Part shown: one piece after another, positions 7,272-17,024 of the stretch
How the letters are laid out: the number at the start of each line of letters is the position of its first letter
How positions within the stretch are numbered: the stretch's first letter is position 1
Assembly (NCBI GenBank): GCA_004214015.1
Contig: SGZE01000001.1
Span: 13,787 to 77,786, forward strand
Length of the DNA: 64,000 bases
Source of the DNA: Flavobacteriales bacterium
Lineage (GTDB): Bacteria; Bacteroidota; Bacteroidia; Flavobacteriales; Flavobacteriaceae
Direction: 5' to 3'
The notes under the pieces: model-generated
The model's database searches: none
The model's input: only the letters and a program-made list of their open reading frames with translations
Told to the model about the DNA's origin: nothing
Program-made: the position numbers and the translations under genes

Positions 7272-9313
7272 TTTAATATATTGTTTTTAAAATAAGTGTA
7301 GGTATCTAACTGAGATCTAATAGTTTTATTTGAATTATTAACAAATTCATTTTGAGAGGTATGGTTAATTAGCCTAGTTTTAACATTATCATTATCACTA
7401 ATGTAAAGAGTTTTTAAAATTTGTTGTTTAAGATTATCTTGATAAATTGGACAAGCAACTTCAACACGTTTTTCAATATTTCTTGTCATTAAATCAGCAG
7501 AAGATATATAGACTTTTGTTTTTCCTCCGTTTTCAAAAACATAAACTCTAGAATGTTCAAGATATTTATCTACAACACTTTTAACCTCAATATTTTCACT
7601 AAGACCAATTTTACCTGGTATTAAACAACATATTCCTCTAACTAATAATTTTATTTTTACACCTGAATTACTAGCCTCGTATAATTTGTCAACAAACTTA
7701 TAACTTGTAAAGCTATTTAATTTAAATATGATATTAGCTTTTAATCCTTTCTTAGCATTTGAAATTTCATTATCTATAAGTTCAAAAAGTTTTTTAGAAG
7801 TCTGATGAGGTGAAACAATTAGATGTTTATAGTCATGTATTTTATAATTAGCTTTAAGAAAATCAAAAACTTTATGAACTTCTTTTAATATTTTTTGATT
7901 TGATGTAAATAGTGTGAAATCAGAATATATTTTAGCTGTAGATTCATTAAAATTTCCTGTACTAACAAACCCATAGAATCTTTTTTTATAACCCTTAAAC
8001 CTTTCAATTAAACATATCTTTGAATGAACTTTTAAACCTTTAACTCCAAAAATTAAATCTACGCCTGCTGCTTTTAATTGTTGGGATACCTTAATATTGT
8101 TTTCTTCATCAAATCTAGCTTGAAGTTCAATTTGAACTAATACTTTTTTACCATTTTTTGCAGCATTAATAAGAGAGCTTATAACATTTGATTTTTTTGA
8201 TAATCTGTATAAAGTTATTTTAATTGACTTAACACTTGGATCTATTGCAGACTGCCTAAGGATAGACACCAAATAAGAAAACGAATGATAAGGGGTATAC
8301 ATTAAAAAATCCTTTTCAGATATTTGATCTAAAAGATTAGATTCAATTTTTAAACTATTTATATCTAATGCTTTTTCTTTTGGATATAGCAAATCAGATC
8401 TTCCTAAATCTGGAAAATTCATGTAATCACTTCTATGGTGATATTTACCTCCAGGTATCAAACTATCATAAGAAGAAATTTTAATTTTTTTAATTAAATA
8501 GCTTAAAGTTGAACCAGAGATATTTTTATCATAAACTAACCTAACTGGGTTACTAATTTTTCTCTTATTAACGTATTCTTGAATTTTTTTAATATAACTC
8601 TTAGATAGATCAATATCATCTATGTCAAACTCTGCATCTCTAGTAATTTTAAGCATATTAGCTTCAATATCAGAGTAGTTAAAAAAACTAAAGATAATAT
8701 CTAAATGATATCTAATTATATCATCAATAAGCATAATATACTGTTTATCGCCTTTTTTAGGAAGAACAACGAACCTACTTATATCTCTGGGTATTTCTAC
8801 CAATGCATAGATATTATTATCATCTATAAGCTTAATGTTAGTTATTAGAAATGCCTTATTGTCTTTGAAATCATGAAGCTTGTTGTTTGACAATATTACA
8901 GTAACTAAAGAAGGGCTAATTTTTCTAATAAAATAATCCTTTAAAAATTCTTTTTGAGACTCTAACACCTCATTTTCATTAATAAAAACTATATTTTCAT
9001 TTTTTAATGATTTTTCAATTGACTCAAGAATTAATGAACTTTTTGACTGAAGATTTATAACCTTAGAAGTAATTTGATCTAAAAGATTTTTAGCAGCTAT
9101 ATGATCTTTACTGTTTTTTGAAGTTGGTTTTGTGTCAGCAATTCTTTTTACAGTTGCATATCTAACTTGAAAAAATTCATCTAAATTATTTGAAAAAATT
9201 CCTATGAACCTTAATCTTTCTAGGATTGGGACCTCTTTATTAGAAGCTTCCTGAAGAACTCTTGCATTAAAATCTAGCCAACTTAGCTCTCTATTTATGT
9301 ATCTAGGTTCCAC
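7268..9313 (-). CDS. ppk1: Polyphosphate kinase 1
   Basis: 681 aa. N-terminus YINRELSWLDFNARVLQEA; two PLD-like C-terminal domains with HSK motifs (VHSKICLIE). Confidence 0.95.
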   Translation of the reverse strand: MEPRYINRELSWLDFNARVLQEASNKEVPILERLRFIGIFSNNLDEFFQVRYATVKRIADTKPTSKNSKDHIAAKNLLDQITSKVINLQSKSSLILESIEKSLKNENIVFINENEVLESQKEFLKDYFIRKISPSLVTVILSNNKLHDFKDNKAFLITNIKLIDDNNIYALVEIPRDISRFVVLPKKGDKQYIMLIDDIIRYHLDIIFSFFNYSDIEANMLKITRDAEFDIDDIDLSKSYIKKIQEYVNKRKISNPVRLVYDKNISGSTLSYLIKKIKISSYDSLIPGGKYHHRSDYMNFPDLGRSDLLYPKEKALDINSLKIESNLLDQISEKDFLMYTPYHSFSYLVSILRQSAIDPSVKSIKITLYRLSKKSNVISSLINAAKNGKKVLVQIELQARFDEENNIKVSQQLKAAGVDLIFGVKGLKVHSKICLIERFKGYKKRFYGFVSTGNFNESTAKIYSDFTLFTSNQKILKEVHKVFDFLKANYKIHDYKHLIVSPHQTSKKLFELIDNEISNAKKGLKANIIFKLNSFTSYKFVDKLYEASNSGVKIKLLVRGICCLIPGKIGLSENIEVKSVVDKYLEHSRVYVFENGGKTKVYISSADLMTRNIEKRVEVACPIYQDNLKQQILKTLYISDNDNVKTRLINHTSQNEFVNNSNKTIRSQLDTYTYFKNNILN

Positions 9314-9791
9314 TTTTTAAATTATTAGTATAAGAAGTTGGTTTTAAATTTAAAATATCAGACCATGAATTAGAATTAAACTTCATAGAAAACCATCTTG
9401 CAGTTGGTAAATTTAAAATTTTATTTTCGGAAAAATAATTTGAAATTTCAGTATACGCAGGATTATGACCAACCAAAACAACTTCTGAATATTTATTTTC
9501 AATTTTATTTACAAAATTAAGTACTTCATTAAATTCAAAAGTATATAAGTCTTCACAAATACTAATCCTATTTGAGTTGATAGATAAACATCTAGTTAAA
9601 ATTAAAGAAGTATGAATAGCTCTAGCAGCAGAACTTGAAAATATTTTATCAGAGTTAATAAACTGAACTTTTGATAATTCAGCTATTTTTTTAATTTTTA
9701 CAACACCAGAATTATTTAATGGTCTATCAATATCGTCTAAATTATAATCCCAGGAAGATTTTGAATGTCTTAAAAAGGTGATTTTTTTCAT
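9303..9791 (-). CDS. Histidine phosphatase superfamily protein, SixA-like (phosphohistidine phosphatase family)
   Basis: 162 aa. N-terminal RH motif (FLRHSKS) and GHNP motif (VGHNPAYT). The size matches SixA-type proteins. Overlaps the ppk1 start by 11 nt. Confidence 0.7.
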   Translation of the reverse strand: MKKITFLRHSKSSWDYNLDDIDRPLNNSGVVKIKKIAELSKVQFINSDKIFSSSAARAIHTSLILTRCLSINSNRISICEDLYTFEFNEVLNFVNKIENKYSEVVLVGHNPAYTEISNYFSENKILNLPTARWFSMKFNSNSWSDILNLKPTSYTNNLKSGT

Positions 9792-10427
9792 CTAAGGAGA
9801 CAAAATATTATGTTGCCATTTATCATCAATTAAATTTGACACAACCCTATTATGAAGTCTATTTTTTCTTCCTTGCCAAAATTCAATTTCATGAATTAAA
9901 ATTTCAATTCCTCCCCAATGAGAAGGTCTTACAAGATTTGAGTTTTTATTTTTTTCTAAGAATTCAGCATGTCTATCTAACAACTCATCATAATTAGAAA
10001 TAATTTGACTTTGATTTGAAACTATTGCACCTACTTGACTAGTAAAAGGTCTAGATTTAAAATATGTATCTGAATATTTTTCTGATGTTTTTTTGGCAAT
10101 CCCCTTAAAAATCACTTGTCTTTCTAATGGTGCCCAATAAAAGGATGCACAAATATTTGGATTTTCATTTATAGCCTTACCTTTTTTACTTTGATAGTTA
10201 GTAAAGAAAATTAAACTCCTATCTCTAATCTCCTTAAGTAAAACAACCCTTGATGAAGGAACATTATTATCACTTGTAGAAATGGTCATAGCATTTGATT
10301 CAATTATTTCGTCAGATTTCTCTGCATCCTTGAACCACTTTTTAAAAAAATTCATAGGATTATCTCCGATTTCATCTATACTAAGGGAATCCCTATCGTA
10401 AAATTTTCTGTGATTAAATAATTTCAT
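9792..10427 (-). CDS. pdxH: Pyridoxamine 5'-phosphate oxidase
   Basis: 211 aa. C-terminal IEFWQGRKNRLHNR signature. Confidence 0.9.
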   Translation of the reverse strand: MKLFNHRKFYDRDSLSIDEIGDNPMNFFKKWFKDAEKSDEIIESNAMTISTSDNNVPSSRVVLLKEIRDRSLIFFTNYQSKKGKAINENPNICASFYWAPLERQVIFKGIAKKTSEKYSDTYFKSRPFTSQVGAIVSNQSQIISNYDELLDRHAEFLEKNKNSNLVRPSHWGGIEILIHEIEFWQGRKNRLHNRVVSNLIDDKWQHNILSP

Positions 10428-11368
10428 TATTCATTAATTGAAAAATTCATTTTTGATGCAAGCAAATAAATTATAGCCATTCTTATTGCAACACCATTCT
10501 CTACTTGGTCTAAAATAAGAGAATTATTTGATTCTACAACGTCGGAAGTAATCTCAACACCTCTATTAATTGGTCCAGGATGAAGAATCAATATGTCTTT
10601 TTTGATTTTATTTAATTTATTAACATCTAAACCAAATAGCATTGAATACTCTCTATTATCAGGAAAATATGATTTTAGCATTCTCTCACGTTGAACCCTA
10701 AGAACATTTACAGCATCACACCATTTTAATGCTTTAACAACGTCCGTTTCAATTGATACATTAAGCTTTTCAATATCTTTAGGGAGAAGACTTAAAGGAC
10801 AAGATAATTTTACATTTGCTCCTAATAGATTAAGAGTATATATATTTGATAATGCAACTCTAGAATGGATAATATCACCAACAATTAAAATATTCTTACC
10901 CTTCAGATCTTTTAAGTTTTCATATAATGAAAATGAATCTAATAAAGCTTGTGTTGGATGTTCATGAGCTCCATCTCCTGCATTTATAATACATGAATTG
11001 GTATGTTGAGACAGTAGCAATGAAGATCCTGGATTAGGATGCCTTAAAACTATCATATCAACTTTCATAGCTAGTATATTATTAACTGTATCAATTAATG
11101 ATTCACCTTTTTTAACAGATGAAGAAGAACTAGAAAAGTTAATTATATCTGCTCCTAATCTTTTTTCTGCTAATTCAAAAGATATTTTGGTTCTAGTACT
11201 ATTTTCAAAAAATAAGTTAGCAATGGTAATATCACGTAATGTTGGAACCTTTTTTATTGGTCTATTTATTACTTCTTTAAAATGAGATGCAGTCTTAAAT
11301 ATTAAACTTATGTCGTTTTCATTTAAAGACTTAATACCTAAAAGATGGTCAACACTTAGTTTATTCAT
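10427..11368 (-). CDS. pyrB: Aspartate carbamoyltransferase catalytic subunit
   Basis: 313 aa. STRT(K), HPTQALLD and HPGP motifs. Confidence 0.95.
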   Translation of the reverse strand: MNKLSVDHLLGIKSLNENDISLIFKTASHFKEVINRPIKKVPTLRDITIANLFFENSTRTKISFELAEKRLGADIINFSSSSSSVKKGESLIDTVNNILAMKVDMIVLRHPNPGSSLLLSQHTNSCIINAGDGAHEHPTQALLDSFSLYENLKDLKGKNILIVGDIIHSRVALSNIYTLNLLGANVKLSCPLSLLPKDIEKLNVSIETDVVKALKWCDAVNVLRVQRERMLKSYFPDNREYSMLFGLDVNKLNKIKKDILILHPGPINRGVEITSDVVESNNSLILDQVENGVAIRMAIIYLLASKMNFSINE

Positions 11369-11905
11369 TTAACTCTCAATATATATTACGTTATCTTTTA
11401 ATTTTTCACCCCATAAAACCTTTACTCTATCGCCTTTGAAAGTATCAATTTTAGCACCACAGTAATTGGCTTCAATAGGAATTTCTCTTTTAAATCTTCT
11501 GTCTATTAAAACAAGTAGTTCAATTGACTTTGGTCTTCCATAAGTATCGATAGATGACATAGCTGCCTTAACACTTCTTCCAGTAAATAACACATCATCG
11601 ATTAAAACAACATTTTTATTTTCAATTGAAAAATCAATTTTTGTTGAACTTGCGGAGAGTGTTTTCTCAGATCTTCTAAAATCATCTCTGAAAAAAGTAT
11701 AATCCAGAATACCACTTTTAATCTTAATATTAGGATGATCTCTTTCAAAGACTTCTAAAATTTTATCAATTAAAAAAACACCTCTTGGCTGTAATCCTAA
11801 TAATACTGTATCATGAAAGTTTTTATGGTTTTCAATTAATTCATAAACAAGCCTACTTAGTATTATTTCAATTTTTTTTGAATCTAAGAGGATTTTATTT
11901 GGCAT
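11369..11905 (-). CDS. pyrR: PyrR (pyrimidine operon regulator / uracil phosphoribosyltransferase)
   Basis: 178 aa. PRPP-binding VLIDDVLFTGRS. Directly abuts pyrB. Confidence 0.85.
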   Translation of the reverse strand: MPNKILLDSKKIEIILSRLVYELIENHKNFHDTVLLGLQPRGVFLIDKILEVFERDHPNIKIKSGILDYTFFRDDFRRSEKTLSASSTKIDFSIENKNVVLIDDVLFTGRSVKAAMSSIDTYGRPKSIELLVLIDRRFKREIPIEANYCGAKIDTFKGDRVKVLWGEKLKDNVIYIES

Positions 11906-11920
11906 GATCTTAAGTTATTA

Positions 11921-11928
11921 CAAAAATA
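11921..11928 (-). promoter_or_regulatory. Candidate -7 promoter box (TATTTTTG) for pyrR-pyrB-pdxH-...
   Basis: Exact TAnnTTTG on the minus strand, 15 nt upstream of the pyrR ATG and downstream of the rpsA terminator. Confidence 0.4.
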
Positions 11929-11954
11929 TAAATTTTAAATTTTAAGTATGGTGT

Positions 11955-11983
11955 AAAAAAAAATCCTCAAAAATTGAGGATTT
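11955..11983 (-). terminator. Rho-independent terminator of rpsA
   Basis: Perfect 10-bp stem (AAATCCTCAA / TTGAGGATTT, 11961-11970 and 11974-11983) with a 3-nt loop. On the minus strand it is followed by a U-run (A-run 11955-11960 on plus). Begins 7 nt after the rpsA stop. Confidence 0.65.
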
Positions 11984-11989
11984 AAAAAT

Positions 11990-13768
11990 TTATTCTTCAT
12001 CTTTTTTATTGGATTTCTTTTCCTTGACTTTTTCTTCAACAATTTCTTCAGGAGATGAATCATTATGAGTTTGCATATGAGATACAACAACTCTTTTAAA
12101 TTCTTTGCTAAACTCTATTACTTTGAATTCAGCAATTTCTCCTTCAACTAATTTAGAGCCATCTTTTTTATCTAAATGTCTTGTAGGGCAAAAAGCTGAT
12201 ATATCTTCATTGAAGTTTATAATAGCTCCTTTATCAATAACTTCAGAGATTTCAGATTTATGAATAGTGTCCAAAGCGAAATCTTTTTCATAAACATCCC
12301 AAGGATTTGGTTTAGTTTGTTTGTGACCTAAACTAAGTTTTCTACCATCTACATCTAAGTCAAGTATAACAACTTCAATTTTATCACCAAGTGATAGGAA
12401 CTCAGAAGGATGTTTTATTTTTTTTGTCCAAGAAAGGTCAGATATATAAATTAAACCATCAATACCTTCTTCAAGTTCAATGAAGACTCCAAAGTTTGTG
12501 AAATTTCTAACAGAACCTGTATGATTTGAACCTATTGGGAATTTCTTTGTAATATCTGTCCATGGATCCTCAGATAATTGTTTCATACCTAAAGACATTT
12601 TTCTAGATTCTCTGTCAAGATTAAGAACAATCGCTTCAATGTTATCACCAACATTTACAAAGTCTTGAGCACTTCTAAGATGAGTTGACCATGACATCTC
12701 AGAGACATGAACTAAACCTTCAATACCTTCATCGATTTCAATAAAAGCACCATAATCAGCTATTACAACAACTTTACCTGTTACTTTTGATCCTTCTTTA
12801 ACATCATCGCCTAGCTTATCCCATGGATGTTGAGTTAATTGTTTAAGTCCTAGTTGAATCTTTGATTTATCATCGTCAAAGTCTAAAATAACCACTTTGA
12901 TAGTTTGATCAAGTTCAAGAATTTCACTTGGATGATTGATTCTACTCCATGATAAGTCAGTTATATGAATAAGACCATCAACACCACCTAAATCAATAAA
13001 CACACCATAAGATGTCATATTTTTTACAGTACCTTCTAAAACCTGACCTTTTTCAAGTTGACTAATTATACCCTTTTTCTGTTCTTCAATATCTGCTTCA
13101 ATAAGAGCTTTATGAGAAACAACAACATTCTTAAATTCATGATTGATTTTAACTACTTTAAAATCCATGTTTTTATTAGTATACTGATCATAATCCCTAA
13201 TAGGTTTAACATCAATCTGAGATCCTGGCAAGAATGCCTCAATTCCAAAAACATCTACAATCATACCACCTTTTGTTCTGCACTTAACAAATCCTTGAAC
13301 AATATCTCCTTTGTCATGAGCTTCATTAACTCTATCCCAAGCTTTAATTACTCTAGCTTTTCTATGAGATAAAACTAATTGACCTGACTTATCTTCTCTA
13401 GTATCAACTATAACTTCAACTTTATCACCAATCTTAAGATCAGGGTTATATCTAAACTCATTTTTTGAAATCACTCCCTCTGATTTAGCATTAATATCAA
13501 TTATAATGTCTTTGTCAGTTAAATGAATAACTTCTCCCTCAATTATATTATCATCTGATGTGTCAACAAAGTTTTTTTCGACAAGTTTTTCAAATTCCTT
13601 AATTTGCTTGTCATCAAGCTCATCTATTCCTTCTTGGTACTGATGCCAATTGAAGTTTGTTAAAAAATCGTCTTTAGGTTCAGCCTTTTTTTTAGCTTTA
13701 GAGGGAGTAGTTTTAACTGACTTTTCCGTCTCCTCTAAATTAGTATTTGCAGTATTTTCTTCACTCAT
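11990..13768 (-). CDS. rpsA: 30S ribosomal protein S1
   Basis: Six S1 (OB-fold) repeats. ATG 13768 (MSEENT...) is preferred over the track TTG at 13777, which lies inside the putative -7 box. Confidence 0.95.
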   Translation of the reverse strand: MSEENTANTNLEETEKSVKTTPSKAKKKAEPKDDFLTNFNWHQYQEGIDELDDKQIKEFEKLVEKNFVDTSDDNIIEGEVIHLTDKDIIIDINAKSEGVISKNEFRYNPDLKIGDKVEVIVDTREDKSGQLVLSHRKARVIKAWDRVNEAHDKGDIVQGFVKCRTKGGMIVDVFGIEAFLPGSQIDVKPIRDYDQYTNKNMDFKVVKINHEFKNVVVSHKALIEADIEEQKKGIISQLEKGQVLEGTVKNMTSYGVFIDLGGVDGLIHITDLSWSRINHPSEILELDQTIKVVILDFDDDKSKIQLGLKQLTQHPWDKLGDDVKEGSKVTGKVVVIADYGAFIEIDEGIEGLVHVSEMSWSTHLRSAQDFVNVGDNIEAIVLNLDRESRKMSLGMKQLSEDPWTDITKKFPIGSNHTGSVRNFTNFGVFIELEEGIDGLIYISDLSWTKKIKHPSEFLSLGDKIEVVILDLDVDGRKLSLGHKQTKPNPWDVYEKDFALDTIHKSEISEVIDKGAIINFNEDISAFCPTRHLDKKDGSKLVEGEIAEFKVIEFSKEFKRVVVSHMQTHNDSSPEEIVEEKVKEKKSNKKDEE

Positions 13769-13774
13769 AGTGCG

Positions 13775-13782
13775 CAAAAATA
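13775..13782 (-). promoter_or_regulatory. Candidate -7 promoter box (TATTTTTG) for rpsA
   Basis: Exact TAnnTTTG on the minus strand, 6 nt upstream of the rpsA ATG. Confidence 0.4.
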
Positions 13783-13824
13783 TAATTAATTAAGTTATTG
13801 GCAAAGTTAAGTTCAGTTTTTTAT

Positions 13825-14481
13825 CTATTGAGATTTTATTTTAGAAAGTATTTTCTCAAAAACCTGCTCAATAGTAAGAAGTGTAACGTCTATTTCAAAG
13901 GCATCATCAGCTTTTTTAAGAGGTGCGATTTTTCTTGTTGAATCAGTATTATCTCTTAATATAATTTCTTCTTCAATTGATTCTAATTTAACTGATTTAT
14001 CGTTAATCTGCTTATGGCGTCTTTCTGCCCTTATTTTTGGATCTGCTAGAAGAAAAAATTTAAATGTAGCATTTGGAAAAACTACTGTACCTATATCTCT
14101 TCCATCTATAACAAGTGAATTGGATTTTGCTGAACTCCTTAATTGTTCATAAACAAAATCTCTTATTTCAGGTTTCTTTGCAAAATTACTGACATTTACA
14201 GAAACCTTAAAACCTCTAATTTTCTGCGTTACATCATTACCATTAAGATAAATACTTAGTTTTTTATCTTTATATACCTGCTCAATAGAGATTTGATTTA
14301 AAACACTTTGACTAATATTATCATTTGAGTTAATATTGTTTTGAATAAGATATAGTGTAATTGCCCTATAATAAGCACCTGAATCTCGATAATTATAATC
14401 AAATTTTTCAGCAATTTTTTTAGCTTGAGTGCTTTTTCCTGTTGAAGCTTCTCCGTCAATAGCAATAATTACTGGGTCCAA
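13825..14481 (-). CDS. cmk: Cytidylate kinase
   Basis: 218 aa. P-loop IAIDGEASTGKST. The conserved cmk-rpsA neighbourhood supports the call. Confidence 0.9.
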   Translation of the reverse strand: MDPVIIAIDGEASTGKSTQAKKIAEKFDYNYRDSGAYYRAITLYLIQNNINSNDNISQSVLNQISIEQVYKDKKLSIYLNGNDVTQKIRGFKVSVNVSNFAKKPEIRDFVYEQLRSSAKSNSLVIDGRDIGTVVFPNATFKFFLLADPKIRAERRHKQINDKSVKLESIEEEIILRDNTDSTRKIAPLKKADDAFEIDVTLLTIEQVFEKILSKIKSQ

Positions 14482-14482
14482 A

Positions 14483-16933
14483 TCAAATTACTTTATGGTT
14501 TAAAACTTTCCTGTTTGTCATGGCGTTATCAATAACTTCAGTCATTGAATCAACATAAATAAACTTTACTCCTTTAAGATATTTTTGATTAATTTCTTCA
14601 ATATCTTTTTTATTATATGAACTTAGAATAATTTCTTTAATATTAGCTCTTTTAGCAGCTAAAATCTTCTCTTTAATACCACCGACAGGTAATACTTTTC
14701 CTCTTAAGGTAATCTCACCAGTCATAGCAATGTTCTTTTTTACTCTTTTTTGAGTAAATAATGAAACCAGAGAAGTTAAAATAGTTATACCAGCACTTGG
14801 ACCATCTTTTGGAGTTGCTCCTTCAGGAACATGAATATGTATATTATATTTTGAGTAGTCTAGGTCTTTGCTAACTCCAAGTATTTTATGGTTAGATTTA
14901 ATATATTCAAGAGCGATTATAGCAGACTCTTTCATGATTTTACCTAAGTTTCCAGTAATAGAAAGATCACCTTTTCCATCTGAAATTGATGATTCAATAA
15001 ATAATATTTCACCACCAACAGAAGTCCATGCTAAGCCGGTAACAACTCCTGCCACTGAATTGTTTTCATATTTATCTCTAAAGAATTTTTTAGGACCAAG
15101 AACATTTTTTAAATAATTAATATCTGAAGTATCGTTAAGTTTAGATTTAGAAACTATGTTTTTAGCTCTATTTCTTATTAATTTTGCAATCTGTTTTTCT
15201 AAACTTCTAACACCAGACTCCCTGGTATAATCACTTATGATATCTTTTATTGTTTGATTATTAATTTTAAAATCATTAATCTTCATTCCATGGTCTAATA
15301 GTTGTTTTTTAATCAAGAATTTTGAAGCAATTGAGGATTTTTCTTCTGTTGTATAACCTGATACATTTATCAACTCCATCCTATCTAATAATGCTGGGTG
15401 CATTGATGATAAGTTATTAGCAGTGGCTATAAACATAACTTTTGAAAGATCATATCCGATTTCCAAGAAGTTATCATGAAAAGAATTGTTCTGTTCTGGA
15501 TCTAATAACTCCAATAATGCTGAACTAGGATCACCTTGAGATCCACTGGAGATTTTATCTATTTCATCTAACACGAATACTGGATTTGAAGTACCTGATT
15601 TTCTGATACTTTGAATAATCCTACCTGGCATTGCACCTATATATGTTTTTCTATGTCCTCTAATTTCAGCCTCATCTCTTAATCCTCCAAGAGACACTCT
15701 TACATATTCTCTATTAATTGATTTTGCAATAGATTTACCTAATGAAGTTTTTCCAACTCCAGGAGGTCCATACAAGCAAAGTATGGGAGATTTCATATCA
15801 CTTCTAAGTTTAAGAACTGCTAGATATTCTATAATTCTTTTTTTGACATCTTCAAGTCCAAAATGATCCCTGTCCAAAATCTTTTGAGCTTTGGTTAGAT
15901 CAAAATTATCTTCAGAAAACTTTTCCCAAGGCAAATCAACTAATAAATCGAGATAATTTCTTTGAACAGAATATTCCGCTACCTGAGAATTCATTCTCTT
16001 TAGCTTAGATAGCTCTTTATCAAAATGGACTTTAGTTTCGTTATTCCATTGCTTGTTTTTTGATTTATTGATTAGCTCCTGAACATCTTCTTGATATGAA
16101 TTCTCTCCAAGTTCTTCCTGAATAGTCTTCATCTGCTGCTGAAGATAATATTCACGTTGTTGTTGATCTAAGTCATTTTTTACCTTAGATTGAATATCAT
16201 TTTTTAATGCAAGTTTCTCGTATTCAACATTTAAAAACTTTAAACATTTAAGAGCTCTTTTTTCAACACTTACACTTGAGAGTAATTCTTGTTTATCTTT
16301 TACAGTTATATTCATATTAGAACAAACAAAGTTTATTAAAAATGTAGAGCTATGAATATTTTTAATAGCAAATGAAGCTTCAGAAGGAATATTAGGGTTT
16401 TCCTTAATTATCTTTAGAGCTATATCTTTAATTGCATCTATTGTAGCTAAAAAATTACTATCTGATTTTTTTTGACTCTTATCTGAAACCGGGTCTACAG
16501 TTGCCTGAATATATGGATCAGTTTTAACTACAGATTTTATTTTAAATCTTTTTTTACCTTGGATTATAACTGTTGTGTTTCCATCTGGCATTTTTAAAAC
16601 TCTTAATATTTTAGCCACAGTTCCAATACCATAGATATTCTCAATAGTTGGGTTCTCTATTTTAGAATTTTTTTGAGCTACAACACCAATTAGTTTATTT
16701 GATTTGTTTGCATCATTAATCAATTTGATTGACTTGTCTCTACCAGCATTTATTGGAATTACAACACCTGGAAACAAAACAGTATTTGTTAATGGAAGTA
16801 TAGGTAGTACCTCTGGAAGACTCTCTTTCTCTAGTGCTTCTTCGTCCTCAGATGTCATTAATGGAATGAATTCTGATTCTTCACCAAGATCATCAAATGA
16901 CATTTTGTCTATATTATTAAAAATGATACTCAT
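14483..16933 (-). CDS. lon: ATP-dependent Lon protease
   Basis: 816 aa. LON N-domain, AAA+ GPPGVGKTS, and protease active-site KDGPSAG. Confidence 0.95.
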   Translation of the reverse strand: MSIIFNNIDKMSFDDLGEESEFIPLMTSEDEEALEKESLPEVLPILPLTNTVLFPGVVIPINAGRDKSIKLINDANKSNKLIGVVAQKNSKIENPTIENIYGIGTVAKILRVLKMPDGNTTVIIQGKKRFKIKSVVKTDPYIQATVDPVSDKSQKKSDSNFLATIDAIKDIALKIIKENPNIPSEASFAIKNIHSSTFLINFVCSNMNITVKDKQELLSSVSVEKRALKCLKFLNVEYEKLALKNDIQSKVKNDLDQQQREYYLQQQMKTIQEELGENSYQEDVQELINKSKNKQWNNETKVHFDKELSKLKRMNSQVAEYSVQRNYLDLLVDLPWEKFSEDNFDLTKAQKILDRDHFGLEDVKKRIIEYLAVLKLRSDMKSPILCLYGPPGVGKTSLGKSIAKSINREYVRVSLGGLRDEAEIRGHRKTYIGAMPGRIIQSIRKSGTSNPVFVLDEIDKISSGSQGDPSSALLELLDPEQNNSFHDNFLEIGYDLSKVMFIATANNLSSMHPALLDRMELINVSGYTTEEKSSIASKFLIKKQLLDHGMKINDFKINNQTIKDIISDYTRESGVRSLEKQIAKLIRNRAKNIVSKSKLNDTSDINYLKNVLGPKKFFRDKYENNSVAGVVTGLAWTSVGGEILFIESSISDGKGDLSITGNLGKIMKESAIIALEYIKSNHKILGVSKDLDYSKYNIHIHVPEGATPKDGPSAGITILTSLVSLFTQKRVKKNIAMTGEITLRGKVLPVGGIKEKILAAKRANIKEIILSSYNKKDIEEINQKYLKGVKFIYVDSMTEVIDNAMTNRKVLNHKVI

Positions 16934-17024
16934 AAGATATAATTACAGTCATTTTGTCATAAACTAAAAACAATTAAATATTAATTGACTAGCTACAACT
17001 ATTACATATATATAAAGACAAAAG

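Noticed and set aside
11906-11989. Possible PyrR-binding attenuator upstream of pyrR-pyrB, as in Bacillus.
   Set aside because: The only hairpin belongs to the rpsA terminator, which lies upstream of the pyrR -7 box. It does not resemble the PyrR binding loop (ARUCCAGAGAGGYU), and the predicted 5' UTR is only about 10-15 nt.
13775-13777. TTG start codon for rpsA proposed by the ORF track (MRTMSEE...).
   Set aside because: It lies inside the exact TAnnTTTG box. ATG 13768 (MSEENT...) is the more plausible start.
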